The notes below the pieces were generated by a model. It worked only from the letters and a program-made list of their open reading frames with translations. It did no database searches and was not told where the DNA came from. From positions 320,001-384,000 of the forward strand of contig CAVVLO010000003.1 of the NCBI GenBank assembly GCA_963749155.1: DNA of 64,000 bases. The letters are read 5' to 3'. This DNA comes from an uncultured Armatimonadia bacterium (GTDB lineage: Bacteria > Armatimonadota > Zipacnadia > CAVVLO01). Made by a program: the position numbers and the translations under genes. Each line of letters starts with the position of its first letter. Position 1 is the stretch's first letter. Below, in pieces: positions 1 through 10,500 of this stretch.

Positions 1-1
1 G

Positions 2-631
2 CGGCATCAGCCCGACACTCACCAGGTGCGCCAGCTTGAGGTCGGCCAGCTCGTAGTAATCGGGATTTATAGAGGCGAATTCCTCTGTGAAAGGATAACC
101 TGCCTCGTTGAAGTTGCGCTCATCGAAGGGCGGCATATCGGGATACGGCCCGCCGACTATCTGCACCACGCTGAAGCCTTTCTCCACGCGGTCAGCGGCT
201 AACTCCTTGAAGCCTTTCGGCCAGTCCAGCCGCGCCGAGAGGCCCATCCACCAGGTGTCACCGAGCCAAAAGAAGGGCGTGCCATCTTCGTGCTCGAAAT
301 GACGCTTGTCCTCGGCCACGAGCAACCGGCCGTGCAGGCCGAAATAGCCTTCGCCAAGCCGCGGTAGCACCTCTACCTCGCCCTTCTGGGCGTGCAGTCC
401 CGAGTTGGTCGTATCGGAGCAGACCGTACGCCAGGCATAAAGACCTGGCTCTCTGGCCGAGAAGCGCACCGACCATTTTTCGCCGCCACGCCAAAAGCCA
501 GGCATCGCAAACTCGGCGCCATCGGGGCCGGTGAAGATAACATCAAGTTCCACCTCATTGTAGGGGTCAGTGGAGTTGACTGTTGAGGCGAAATTCCATT
601 CTGTGACCTGGTTGCGAGCTACCTTGTACAT
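2..631 (-). CDS. DUF5060/DUF4038 (apiosidase-like) putative glycoside hydrolase, runs off the window edge
   Basis: Hand-translated and absent from the ORF track: ATG at 631 with AGGAG RBS; MYKVARNQVTEW...DPYNEVELDVIFTGPDG...GFWRGG...HFEHEDGTPFFWLGDTWW...RVEKGFSVVQ. Confidence 0.8.
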   Translation of the reverse strand, partial: MYKVARNQVTEWNFASTVNSTDPYNEVELDVIFTGPDGAEFAMPGFWRGGEKWSVRFSAREPGLYAWRTVCSDTTNSGLHAQKGEVEVLPRLGEGYFGLHGRLLVAEDKRHFEHEDGTPFFWLGDTWWMGLSARLDWPKGFKELAADRVEKGFSVVQIVGGPYPDMPPFDERNFNEAGYPFTEEFASINPDYYELADLKLAHLVSVGLMP

Positions 632-656
632 TCGGCTTTCCTCCTGATGGCAAGCA

Positions 657-690
657 AAGAGCGACCCACCGAAGTGAGTCGCTCTCAATT
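657..690 (-). terminator. Intrinsic terminator-like hairpin
   Basis: Minus strand GAGCGACTCAC-TTCG-GTGGGTCGCTC followed by TTT, just downstream of the 718 stop. Confidence 0.6.
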
Positions 691-717
691 TGGCTAGTCG
701 GGCTGGTTATCCTGCCG

Positions 718-1488
718 TTATTTGACGCAACCTGCGCCTTTCAGCCAGGCGATGCTGTGAGCGGCGCTGGCGATCGAAGGGATCTTCCAGCTATCCTGCT
801 CGACGATTATCCATTCGGCGCCGATTTCCTTTGCCGTCTCCAGCACTCCACAAATATCAATTGTGCCGTTACCGACCTCGGTAAAATCGCCGGCCTCGTC
901 CATATCCTTCAGGTGGATCTGAGGGAAGCGACCAGGATACTTTTTAAGATACGGCACGGGGTCTACGCCGCCCTTCTTCAGCCAGAAAACATCAGGCTCG
1001 CCTTTCACAGTCTCGGCGCAGGTGCCTTCGTAGAGGATATCCAGCGCGTATTTGCCGTCAATCTCGGCAAGCTCCTGAGAGTGGTTGTGATAGGTGAAGG
1101 CGATGCCCTTGCTCTTCGCAACCTTGGCAACTTCCTTCACGCGCTCGATTATGGGCAGCCAGTTGCTGGCTACATCACCCGCGAGGCTGGTTGTGACGTA
1201 TTTCACGCCAAGGGCCTCGACATAAGCGTAAAGCTGGCTATCGGGATTGCCAATCTCATCGAGGCCGGTATGGATGCCGCAAGCTACGACGCCAATCTCA
1301 TCGAGGAAGCTCTTGAGCTCGCAAGGGGTCATCCCACCATAATTGCCTGCGAACTCGAAGCCTTTGTAACCCAGATAAGCCAGGGCCTTGCAGGTGGCCT
1401 TGAAGTCCTGCTCGCACACATCGCGCACGGTGTAAAGCTGAATACCAATCGGCAGATTTCCAGAACAACAGCAGCAACAGTCTCCCAT
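718..1488 (-). CDS. Sugar phosphate isomerase/epimerase (xylose isomerase-like TIM barrel)
   Basis: IGIQLYTVRD, GYKGFEFAG, YHNHSQE, IHLKD, EVGNGTID and IVEQD motifs. Confidence 0.9.
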   Translation of the reverse strand: MGDCCCCCSGNLPIGIQLYTVRDVCEQDFKATCKALAYLGYKGFEFAGNYGGMTPCELKSFLDEIGVVACGIHTGLDEIGNPDSQLYAYVEALGVKYVTTSLAGDVASNWLPIIERVKEVAKVAKSKGIAFTYHNHSQELAEIDGKYALDILYEGTCAETVKGEPDVFWLKKGGVDPVPYLKKYPGRFPQIHLKDMDEAGDFTEVGNGTIDICGVLETAKEIGAEWIIVEQDSWKIPSIASAAHSIAWLKGAGCVK

Positions 1489-1627
1489 CGGGTAGTGCCT
1501 CCCGTTACGGTTATTTGGCGGCGCATCGCGCCGGTCTTGCAGGGGATTATACGGCTAGCCGCGAGTTCCTGCCAGAGAAAAATCGTATTCTTGGGTCTTT
1601 ATCAAAGCTACTCATAAGTATTTACAA

Positions 1628-2335
1628 CTACCAGAGGGGTGGCGCTGAATAGACAAGATAGGCAGCCCCCAGCACCAATAGTATTCCGCAGGCCGCTCGC
1701 AAGCCAAGAGCCGTCTTCGACTTGCTATTCCAGTCAACCAGTTTCTGCACCAATACCACCGAGCTGCCCACTGCAACCAGCACCAGGCAATGCCCGAGGG
1801 CAAACGCCAGTGTGAGCAGAGCGCCCCTGGCAAGACTGACTGCGCCTGCCTTTGCCGATAAAGCGAGCACCGGTGCCAGATAAGCGAAGGTACAGGGGCC
1901 AAGGGCAGCGCCAAAGAAGAGGCCCAAAATCAGAGCGCCAAGCGCCCCGGTGAGTTTCAGCCTGGTCGGTATCGTTTGTCCCCATTCCAGTGGGATAACC
2001 CCGAGCAGGTGCAGACCGACTGCTACCAGTACGAGTGCGGCTGCATAATTGACAAGCCCGCCAACGTCGCCGGCCAGCCTGCCGAGAGCCGCGCAAATCA
2101 TTCCCAGCAAGCCAAGCACGATAAAGTTACCCAGGCCAAACAGGGCAGAAAGCCCAACCGCGCGCTTTGTGGTCAGTTGCTGCTGTCCCGCCAGAAAAGC
2201 CACCAGCAGGGGGAGGCTGGCCAGATGGCAGGGACTAAGCACCACGCTGAGCAAGCCCCAGAGCAGCGAAGCACCAAGAGCCAGGCCCAGGGAACCTTCG
2301 ACCGCCGCGGTCAGTGTGGCGAAAAGCTCTCCCAC
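1628..2335 (-). CDS. ccdA: Cytochrome c biogenesis CcdA/DsbD-family membrane protein
   Basis: Multi-TM protein with LSPCHL and GPCTF conserved cysteines. Confidence 0.85.
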   Translation of the reverse strand: MGELFATLTAAVEGSLGLALGASLLWGLLSVVLSPCHLASLPLLVAFLAGQQQLTTKRAVGLSALFGLGNFIVLGLLGMICAALGRLAGDVGGLVNYAAALVLVAVGLHLLGVIPLEWGQTIPTRLKLTGALGALILGLFFGAALGPCTFAYLAPVLALSAKAGAVSLARGALLTLAFALGHCLVLVAVGSSVVLVQKLVDWNSKSKTALGLRAACGILLVLGAAYLVYSAPPLW

Positions 2336-2338
2336 TAC

Positions 2339-2815
2339 TTATTCAACCTCTGAGGCTGTAGCAGCTTTTACGAGTCCCAATTCTTCCAGCTTGGTGATGA
2401 TCTCGTCTTCTGCCCAGAAGCCTTTATGACGGAAGACTTCCTTGCCTTCTGAATCAATCAATATCTGGGTCGGGATAACCTGGATATCATACTCGCTAGC
2501 CGCCTCGTGATTCTCATTCACGTTGATAAAGCGCACTATAAGAGCTTCTCCATAACGGGCGCGCAGTGAGTCCATCACAGGTACCATCTGCTTGCAGGGG
2601 ATGCAGGTCGTCGAACCCAGATCAATGAACATCGGCGTCAGGCTGGAAGCGCTGGAATCATCTGCCTCACTTGCGGCCTGGGGCGCTTCAAGGGGGGGAG
2701 GTTGCACAACAACCGGCTCGGGCTGTGAGGAGCGGTTGCCCTGCTTCAAAGCCAGGGCTGCTGCAAGGATGCCTAGCACCAGAATAACGATAATCAGTTT
2801 GCTTGATTTACCCAT
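2339..2815 (-). CDS. Membrane-anchored thioredoxin-family protein
   Basis: N-terminal TM helix, DLGSTTCIPCKQM (CxxC), IPTQILID...FRHKGF. Confidence 0.9.
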   Translation of the reverse strand: MGKSSKLIIVILVLGILAAALALKQGNRSSQPEPVVVQPPPLEAPQAASEADDSSASSLTPMFIDLGSTTCIPCKQMVPVMDSLRARYGEALIVRFINVNENHEAASEYDIQVIPTQILIDSEGKEVFRHKGFWAEDEIITKLEELGLVKAATASEVE

Positions 2816-2875
2816 CAGTGTACCTCGGTTTTATTGAGTTCGCTCAGCCTGTCTGAAACTGCCCCTGCAATCAGT

Positions 2876-3135
2876 GCGCCTTCCTTCTGGCGTGTATCGG
2901 GACAAACCAGGTGGCGTGTATCGGGAGCTTGCTCCCGATACCAGGCCCCTCTGAGCACAAAGGCTGGGTGGGTCTCAGACCCGCCCCTACATCGAGCCGA
3001 TGGCCAAAAGGAAGGTTTTGGGAGCAGACTCCCGAACACCTGAAAGCGAAAGGCAAGGGCGGGCTTGCGCCCGCCAATTTATTGGTAAAGCTTAAGGCGA
3101 AAATCGCGGGGGCATCGCCCCCACACCCCCACTAG
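2876..3135. repeat. Mosaic palindromic intergenic repeat, copy 1
   Basis: GTATCGGGAGCTTGCTCCCGATAC; GTAG-type REP (minus strand GTAGGGGCGGGTCTGAGACCCACCC); GGGAGCAGACTCCC; GGCGGGCTTGCGCCCGCC; GGGGGCATCGCCCCCACACCCCCACTAG. Modules recur at 6.0, 7.5, 17.1, 26.9 and 30.7 kb. Confidence 0.85.
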
Positions 3136-3380
3136 TTGGTCTGCTCTGCAATCCATTCCTTTACCTGAGCCTGCGTTGGGATCTTGCCAGCCAACACGAC
3201 CTTACCGTCCACCGCTACAGCCGGTGTACTCATAATCCCGGCCTTCACAATCTCGGCGATGTCTTCGACTTTCTGTATGTCCAGGGCAATACCCAACTCG
3301 GATGCTGTATCAATTACCACCTGAAAAGTCTGCTTGCAGCGGGGACAGCCTGTCCCGTAGATACGTACTTCTTTTGCCAT
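3132..3380 (-). CDS. Small redox-active disulfide protein (MTH895/thioredoxin-like)
   Basis: IYGTGCPRCK...KVEDIAEI...GIMSTPAVAVDGKV, typical next to arsP. Confidence 0.9.
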   Translation of the reverse strand: MAKEVRIYGTGCPRCKQTFQVVIDTASELGIALDIQKVEDIAEIVKAGIMSTPAVAVDGKVVLAGKIPTQAQVKEWIAEQTN

Positions 3381-3389
3381 ATTGGCCTC

Positions 3390-4472
3390 CTACATAACAA
3401 TATTGAACAGATATCCTACAATCAGAATGCCGCAACCAACGATGGCAGCGAAAACAACAATCAGTTTGGCTTTCAGCACCTTGCGCAGAATCAGGAATTC
3501 AGGCAGCGAGAGCGCAATTACTGCCATCATAAAAGCCAGTACCGTGCCCAGCGCTGCGCCTTTCCCAAGCAGCGCCTCGACGATGGGGATAATCCCCGCC
3601 GCGTTGGAATACATCGGGATGCCGATGAGGACTGCCAGTGGCACCGACCACCAGGCGTCTTTGCCCATTATCGATGCCAGAAAGTCCTCCGGAACCCAGC
3701 CGTGGATGCCAGCGCCTACCGCAATCCCTGCCAGGATATAGGGCCAGACTTTGCCCACTATTTCGCGGACCGCCTCTAGCCCCTTATCGAACCGCTCGGG
3801 CCAGGCAAGCTTCTCTTCAAGCCCGCCTTCGCCCAGTTCGGTCGCATAGACCCACTCTTCAACCCAGCCTTCCAGCTTCAGCCGACCGATAACCCAGCCA
3901 GCCAGCATCGCAAGCGTCAGACCAAAGCCCAGGTAAAGCCCGGCCACCTTCCATCCAAACAGCGCAAACAGCAGCGCCAGGGCTACCTCGTTAACCATCG
4001 GGGCCGAGATAAGGAAGCTGAAGGTGACCCCAAGCGGTACTCCACTGGTCACAAACCCGATAAAAAGGGGTATCGCAGAACAGGTGCAGAAGGGCGTCGC
4101 GATGCCAAGCAGCGAGGCAAGCACATTGCCGGTCCATTCGGCGCGTCCAGCCAGCAGCCGTCGGGTGCGTTCGGGTGAGAAGAAACTGCGCAGGATGCCG
4201 ACGAAGAAGACGATAAGCGTCAGCAGCAGCAGCACTTTCGGCACATCGTAGCAGAAGAAGGCGACCGCCTCGCCCAGGTGAGACTTTGGTTCCAGCTTGA
4301 GCAGTCCAAAAGCAACCCAGTCGGCTGCATCTTTTAGTTCACGATATAAGATGACCCACAGTGCCAGAGTAGCGACAAGCCCTGTTAGCCAGAGGCGAAG
4401 CGAGGCGCCACTGTTAACTGGCTCAGGTGTCTCGCAAGCACAGGATTGCTCAGTCGGCTCGAGGGTAGTCAT
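3390..4472 (-). CDS. arsP: ArsP-family permease (DUF318)
   Basis: TPFCTCSAIPLF, SFLISAPMVNEVA, PMYSNAAGIIP and LSLPE motifs. Confidence 0.88.
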   Translation of the reverse strand: MTTLEPTEQSCACETPEPVNSGASLRLWLTGLVATLALWVILYRELKDAADWVAFGLLKLEPKSHLGEAVAFFCYDVPKVLLLLTLIVFFVGILRSFFSPERTRRLLAGRAEWTGNVLASLLGIATPFCTCSAIPLFIGFVTSGVPLGVTFSFLISAPMVNEVALALLFALFGWKVAGLYLGFGLTLAMLAGWVIGRLKLEGWVEEWVYATELGEGGLEEKLAWPERFDKGLEAVREIVGKVWPYILAGIAVGAGIHGWVPEDFLASIMGKDAWWSVPLAVLIGIPMYSNAAGIIPIVEALLGKGAALGTVLAFMMAVIALSLPEFLILRKVLKAKLIVVFAAIVGCGILIVGYLFNIVM

Positions 4473-5557
4473 CAGGTTACACTCTCCGCGGTCAGAGGGT
4501 CTTGCTTAGCGAAGAACCGCTTCTTCGCCCACAGCGCCACATATACCAGCCCTATGAGCGCCGGCACCTCAATCAGTGGCCCGACGACCGCCGCCAGTGC
4601 CTGGCCCGAGCTGATGCCGAACAACCCAACCGCCACGGCGATGGCCAGCTCGAAGTTGTTGCCTGCGGCAGTGAAGGCGATGGAGGTCGTGTCCTCATAG
4701 TTGCAACCCGAAGCTTTGGCCAGCAGGAAGGCCAGGCTCCACATCAACGCAAAGTAGGTAACCAGCGGCAGAGCAATGCGCACGACATCAAGAGGCAGTT
4801 CGATTATCTTTTCGCCCTGCATCGAGAACATAAGCACGATGGTGTAGAGCAGTCCAACAAGCGCCGTAGGCCCGAGTTTCGGCATCAACACGTTGTCATA
4901 CCAGTCGAGCCCGCGCCGTTTGACCATTATTTTGCGCGTCAGATACCCCGCGACCAGGGGGATACCCAGGAAGACCAATACGCTCTTGGCTATCTGCCAC
5001 ATCGAAACCTCGAAGGCAGCGCTATCTGCGCCAAGCCAGCGGGGCACGACAGTGATGAAGAAGTAGCCCAGCAGCGAATACATCGCTACCTGGAAGACCG
5101 AGTTGATGGCCACCAGCACCGCCGCAAGCTCATTGCTGCCGCGCGCCAGCATATTCCATACCAGCACCATCGCAATGCAGCGCGCAAGCCCGACGAGGAT
5201 GAGTCCAGTGCGATATTCGGGCAGGTCGGGCAGCATCAACCACGCCAGCGTGAACATCAATACAGGACCGAGAATCCAGTTGAGGAAGAGCGACAGGCCG
5301 AAACTCTTTGGGTGACCGGCGAGCTGACCAATCTTCTCATACCGCACTTTGGCAAGCACCGGATACATCATCCACAGCAGGCCAATCGCTATTGGGACCG
5401 AGACATCAGCCAGCTTCACACTGTCGAGCGCAGAGCCGAGTCCAGGGAAGACCTTCCCCAGTCCGACTCCCAGTGCCATAGCCGCGAAAATCCACAGTGG
5501 AAGGTATCTGTCCAGCCAGGAAAGGTTCTTGTATACACTTGTGCCCACAGTTACCAC
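4472..5557 (-). CDS. acr3: ACR3-family arsenite efflux transporter
   Basis: LDRYLPLWI, GLLWMMYP, GLARCIAMV, AAGNNFELAIAVA, VVGPLIEVP. Confidence 0.95.
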   Translation of the reverse strand: MVTVGTSVYKNLSWLDRYLPLWIFAAMALGVGLGKVFPGLGSALDSVKLADVSVPIAIGLLWMMYPVLAKVRYEKIGQLAGHPKSFGLSLFLNWILGPVLMFTLAWLMLPDLPEYRTGLILVGLARCIAMVLVWNMLARGSNELAAVLVAINSVFQVAMYSLLGYFFITVVPRWLGADSAAFEVSMWQIAKSVLVFLGIPLVAGYLTRKIMVKRRGLDWYDNVLMPKLGPTALVGLLYTIVLMFSMQGEKIIELPLDVVRIALPLVTYFALMWSLAFLLAKASGCNYEDTTSIAFTAAGNNFELAIAVAVGLFGISSGQALAAVVGPLIEVPALIGLVYVALWAKKRFFAKQDPLTAESVT

Positions 5558-5571
5558 TTGCCTCGCAACAT

Positions 5572-5621
5572 ATATGCGCTACTACGCATATGTATATATG
5601 CGCATATACGCATATTGTCAA
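5572..5621 (-). promoter_or_regulatory. acr3 promoter with tandem ArsR-type operators
   Basis: TTGACA -35 on the minus strand (5621-5616) followed by two ATATGCG-N6-CGCATAT inverted repeats (5596-5615 and 5572-5591). Confidence 0.8.
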
Positions 5622-5631
5622 GAGGGCAAGG

Positions 5632-5982
5632 TTATTTCGCGCAGCGGAAGTTGATCGAGGCGAGGCGTTCGCGGGCGCGAACGACCTGGGGAGAGACCTC
5701 CCAGACGCCGGCGAGGGCTTCCAGCGCTGGCCGCCAGCGCCTGTCGGCCTCGTCTGTGAGGCGATAAATCGCGAAGGTACCATCCTTCTCATCCTGCACC
5801 AGGCCGGCTTCGCGCAGTACAGACAGGTGGCGCGAGATTTTGTATTGCGGCTCTTCGAGGGCGCCCACCAGCTCGCACACGCAGCACGGCCGTACCAGCA
5901 GCAGGCGGATAATCCGCAGTCTGGTAGCATCGGCCAGCGCCTGGTGTAGTCCGGTAAGCTCCTCGAGGCTGGGCGTTTTCAT
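5632..5982 (-). CDS. arsR: ArsR/SmtB-family transcriptional regulator
   Basis: ALADATRLRII...PCCVCELV...ISRHLSVLREAGLV; start moved to ATG 5982 because the longer ORF runs through a repeat. Confidence 0.9.
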   Translation of the reverse strand: MKTPSLEELTGLHQALADATRLRIIRLLLVRPCCVCELVGALEEPQYKISRHLSVLREAGLVQDEKDGTFAIYRLTDEADRRWRPALEALAGVWEVSPQVVRARERLASINFRCAK

Positions 5983-6021
5983 ACCGAGAGTATCGCTGAG
6001 AAATTGTTGAAGGTCAACTTT

Positions 6022-6200
6022 GGAAGGTTTTGGGAGCAGACTCCCGAAACACGTGAAGGCAAAAGGCAAGGGCGGGCTTGCACCCGCCTTTATAAAGGAA
6101 AATCTAAAGGCAAAAAACCAGGACAGAAGACGTGGGGGTATTACCCCGCACCCCCCATACTGGGCCTGCGGCGCGAAGCGAATCCGGGAGTGCAGAGGGG
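6022..6200. repeat. Mosaic palindromic intergenic repeat, copy 2
   Basis: GGAAGGTTTTGGGAGCAGACTCCCGAAACAC...AAAGGCAAGGGCGGGCTTGCACCCGCC...GGGGGTATTACCCCGCACCCCCC, closely similar to 3009-3075. Confidence 0.8.
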
Positions 6201-6218
6201 CCTCTGGTATTTGTGGTG

Positions 6219-7502
6219 ATGAAGATGGCAGATGGTATCCAGCTCGGTGTGTTTTTAGGCCTTTCGGCCCTCTTCCTGTTCGGCGTGGCAAGCGCCGATG
6301 TGCGCACCTTCACGACCGGTGGCCTGACCATATCGCATAACAACGCCGATGAGGGGCTTTATTTCGCCACCTCGCCCGATCAGGTCGCGTATAACGTTCA
6401 AATCATCCGCACCGAGCACGACACCTACTACACCATCGCCCACACCGAGCCGCGCAAGCCCGCCGAGTTGCACTATCCCGGCGATGCCATCAAGACCGCC
6501 TTTGCCTCAGGCCCTTTCACCTACACGATGCCGCCGAACCTTGACTATCGCCTTTATGGCACCCCGACAGATACCGAATCGCTCCTCTACAGCCCCGAAG
6601 CCCACGGCATACTGGGCTGGGGCGGCACTGGCAATCCGATGGTCGTGAAAGGGAAGCCTGGGGATGACTACTTTTATGCTTTCTTCCTGGCAGTCGCTGA
6701 CGATGACCGTGACCGAGAACTCGAGGAACCCGACTTCCGCCACTATATTTGCCAGGCGCGCACGCTGGATATGCTCCACTGGGAGCTACGCACCGAGGTG
6801 GACGGCCAGTTCGACCTGGAAGCCCTTCAACGATGAGGTGCCAATCGAGTGGCGCCGACCGCGCCCAGTCGAGGACGTGGACGGCAATCCAATCCGGGGT
6901 CTGCGCGGCACCTGATTTCGAGCGGTACGCAAGGGCTGATAGGCTCCATCTGTCGCGTGAGCGACCTCTATTACTTCTTCTACACGGACGTCGCGCCCGA
7001 TGGCACCTCGGCCCTCTACTACCGCACCTGCCCCGACCTGACGCTCGAGAGAGGCTGGTCGGCCGCGGTCAAGCTTTCAGGCGACCTGATGGTCGGCACG
7101 CTCATCCGCGTCGCCAAGGCTCACGCTCTGGATCGCTGGGTTGTCCTCTACAACGGCTACAAGCGGCGCCCGGACGGGACTCTGGCGCAGGATCTCTTCC
7201 TGCAATACACCGAGAATCTGGACCTCACTGGCCCAGGCAGCCTCTCGGAGCTAACCTATTTCGACGAGTTCGTCGAGGCCGGCAAGTATCGCCACGGCCT
7301 CAGCAAACATTATCTGGGCCTGACCAGCGGCACGGGAGTCTTCGCGCAGCATTACTTCCTGACCGACGAATACGGCAACCTCACCGTGCCTGATTGTGAA
7401 GCGCAGGACTCAAGCCGCGGTGGGTTGCTGACCTGGGCCGCCCTCACGCGCAGTGTCTACGGCGATGACGTCTACCGTGCCGGCTGGGATGTCACCCAAT
7501 AG
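6219..7502 (+). CDS. Secreted hypothetical protein, possibly a beta-propeller glycosidase-like fold; frameshifted at about 6815-6915
   Basis: Signal peptide (FLGLSALFLFGVASA); consecutive ORFs with similar composition (GNPMVV, YFYAFF, YYFFYTD). Confidence 0.55.
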
Positions 7503-7535
7503 CCATAAAAACCATAAGCCAGATCGGCGAAGCCA

Positions 7536-7566
7536 CTAGTGGGGGTGCAGGGGGTATTACCCCCTG
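7536..7566. repeat. Terminal module of the repeat family, copy 3
   Basis: CTAGTGGGGGTGCAGGGGGTATTACCCCCTG between convergent genes. Confidence 0.7.
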
Positions 7567-10500
7567 TGACTTTCAGAGCTTATCGCGTAACCATACAGGA
7601 GCCGGTTGCCCTCCCAGATCGGGGCAGCAGGTTGGAGCCTGCCCTTCCCCACTGGGAACTCGACACGAGCGCTCTCAGCCCGCAGGAGGGCAAGCTCAAG
7701 ATCCTCTGCAACAAACACCGGCCGCCGCATACTGCCCTTCACCTCGGCGAAACGCAGATTCTGCATCTCGGCAACCTGCAGGGTTACAGCCTTGCCAGTT
7801 GGAAGCGCCGGCTTCATCTACAACTTCCACATACGGCTTGCCCTGGAATCGCATTACGCGGAAGAGGGGCTCCAGTTCGTTTGGCTGCAAGCCCAATCCG
7901 GCAGCGAGATCCGCCAGGACGACCTCTTCCGGCCTTGCCTGAAGCAGGAGCTGTGGGCCTTCGACATACTGCTTCAGACCCGCGTTCGCACTGGTGGATA
8001 TACCGGAGATGGCCTGTGGCGCGGGCCACGCGCAGAGCACGGTCGAAGGCCGCCTGGGCCGTCTCGAACTTGCCCGCAAGGCCCCACACCTGCCCAAGGC
8101 GATGGTGGTCGTAGGCCAGCCGGTAGTTGTAACGCCCCTCGGAACGTTTCTCTAGCGACTCCATAAAATAGCGCTCTGCCAGCCCCAACAATTTCTTTTC
8201 TGGTTCTGCGAGTTCAAGATACAGGATACCAAGATGGTGTGCAGCAGACTGCTGCTGCCAATAGTTGGAGCAGTCTTCGCGCACCTCTTGCAGCACTTTG
8301 CGCGCTTCGTCATAACGTCGGGCACGGCGCAGCAAGATGCCCTGATGGTAGAGCGCCCACCAGCACTCTGACGCCGATCTGTCGCTGGCCAAAGGCAGGT
8401 TCTCACGGAGCTCTTGAATACGTTCCAATCCCTCTTCCACCCGGTCGAGATGCTCCAGCACCATTGCCCCTTTAATCATTCCGGCGCAATATTCCTTTGG
8501 CGTGTCATCACGAGCCAGGTCGCGCAGCTTGTCGAAGACGGCAAGCGCCTCCTCGAACTTGCACTCGTTATCGAGGGTCTCGCCCCAGAAGTGTAACAAC
8601 GAAAAGCTTTCGCAACTGGAAAACGCTGTATATAGAGCCTCAGGCCAGCTGTCAGAGAGACCGAAATGCTCTACCAGGGCGCCTCCAAGTCTTATCCTGA
8701 AGCCAGGGCCATCCAGCTCTGTCCAGACTGCCATCAGCGCGTCAGCAACCTCTCGCGTGAACAAGCCAGCCTGGGCCAGTCCACGCAGATCGAAAATCAA
8801 ATTGGAAAACTGCTCTACATCACCTGTTGTTTCAGAATCACCGATCCCGGCACAGCGTTCTCTCAGGTAACGCTGATCTGTCATCAGGCTCAGCAGTCTC
8901 CTGGTATCACCCAGGGCAAGCAGATAGGCAGGCAAGTGGGCGGGAGCGGGTGCCTGCCCTGTGTGCCAGGCCTCCTCTTCCACGTTCGCAAGCCTCAACA
9001 GGCCAGCTTCGATATCCACCCAGAAGCGCCCAGCAGCCTGTTCATCTGTCAACCATTCGGCGAACGAACGATGGAAAGGCTGGAATCCTGCCGCAGTCTC
9101 GAGAAGCAGGGCACCGACGGCTCGCCTGAAGGCAGTAACGTTTTACGAGGCCAACCAAGTAGTTGGCCAACTGGACACTGTCCAAAGGTTCTGAACGGCG
9201 GCAAGAATGAGTTCCAGGGCAGGTTGCCTATAGCTTCATACTGGGCCTGGTCGGGGAATTGTCTTTCGACATACGCAAGCAAAGCGATATCCATTCCGCG
9301 AGGAGTGTTCTGTACGAACTCGACCAGTTCCTCAGAAGTTGTGTCTTCTGGTAGTTTCAGGACATTACTCGCCCAGAGGAAGCTGCCTTCGGCTGCTTCG
9401 GCAAGCTCAGAGAGGACAACTCCCTCGTCTTTACCGAGGCGCACCTCGAAATAACGCTTCAGATCCGCCTGGGTATTCTTATCAGGCAGCAGCTCTATTG
9501 GCTCAACACACCCGGCAAGCCATTGTTTTACCTCGACATGGGGTCTGCTGCTGACTACGAAACGCAGCCAGGAGGGGAGCGAGTCCTGTTTCCTTGCCAG
9601 TAGAGAGGCCAGCTCGTTATTGCCCTGCCGGCTGGCTTCATCCAGCGCGTCAATCACTATTACACGCGACTCGTTAGTGTAGGTCGCCGGTTCGACACAC
9701 GCTCCCCCGACTTTACCACCCTTCCAGGAGGGTAGACTTGGGGCGAAGGGTTGTACCAGCAACTGGTCAAATAGTGTTTCGGTATTACATTCATTTACAA
9801 GACTGGCTAGTTGCAAGCCTGCCAGATGGGCGCTGTAAAGAGGTTCCTGAGAAGCCAACTGGTATGCAAGAGACATAACACAGCGGTTGGGCTTGGACTT
9901 CAGGTCATCTCCCCATCTGCAAAAATGTATAGCTTTTACAGCTTCGCAAGTGCTTGCAATCCAGGCAAGGAAGGCGCTCTTGCCAGTGCCTGGCCCACCC
10001 GAAAGCCAGAAGATGCGCTCCTTGCTCTCCGCAAGCCATTCGTCCACTTTCTCTTCGAGCCAGGGACGCGCTACATAATTCTCAAGATGAGGAGCGAGAT
10101 CTGCTTGATAGGGCAGTGGCTGGAGCACCTTGCGCAGGTTGCTGGTCTGGCTGGTCACAGCCGTCTGGGCAGAGCCTGGAGAGGCAGGTTCTTTCAAATG
10201 CAGGGCATCGCGCAATTGCTGCAAGGCTCGAGTGTATTCTTCCTGGCTTTCATCAGGCGGGAAACACTGCGACATATCAAGCCACTGGATATCACAAACG
10301 AGCAGAGGGGGCGTCACATCGCTGACGACTTTCACTGGTAGAATATGCACTTTCATATTGGATGCATATACAAGCTCTTTCAAACAGAAACTTGGCGGTT
10401 TTTTACAGACAGAATGGGGAGTCATCAGATAAACGACTCGTCCACCTTCTGAATCCTGGGCGACAATATCCAGCTCTGATTCCAACTGGATAGGCCATTC

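Noticed and set aside
5983..6291. 100-aa N-terminal extension of ArsR
   Set aside because: It runs through repeat copy 2 and overlaps the divergent gene; the ArsR domain starts at ATG 5982
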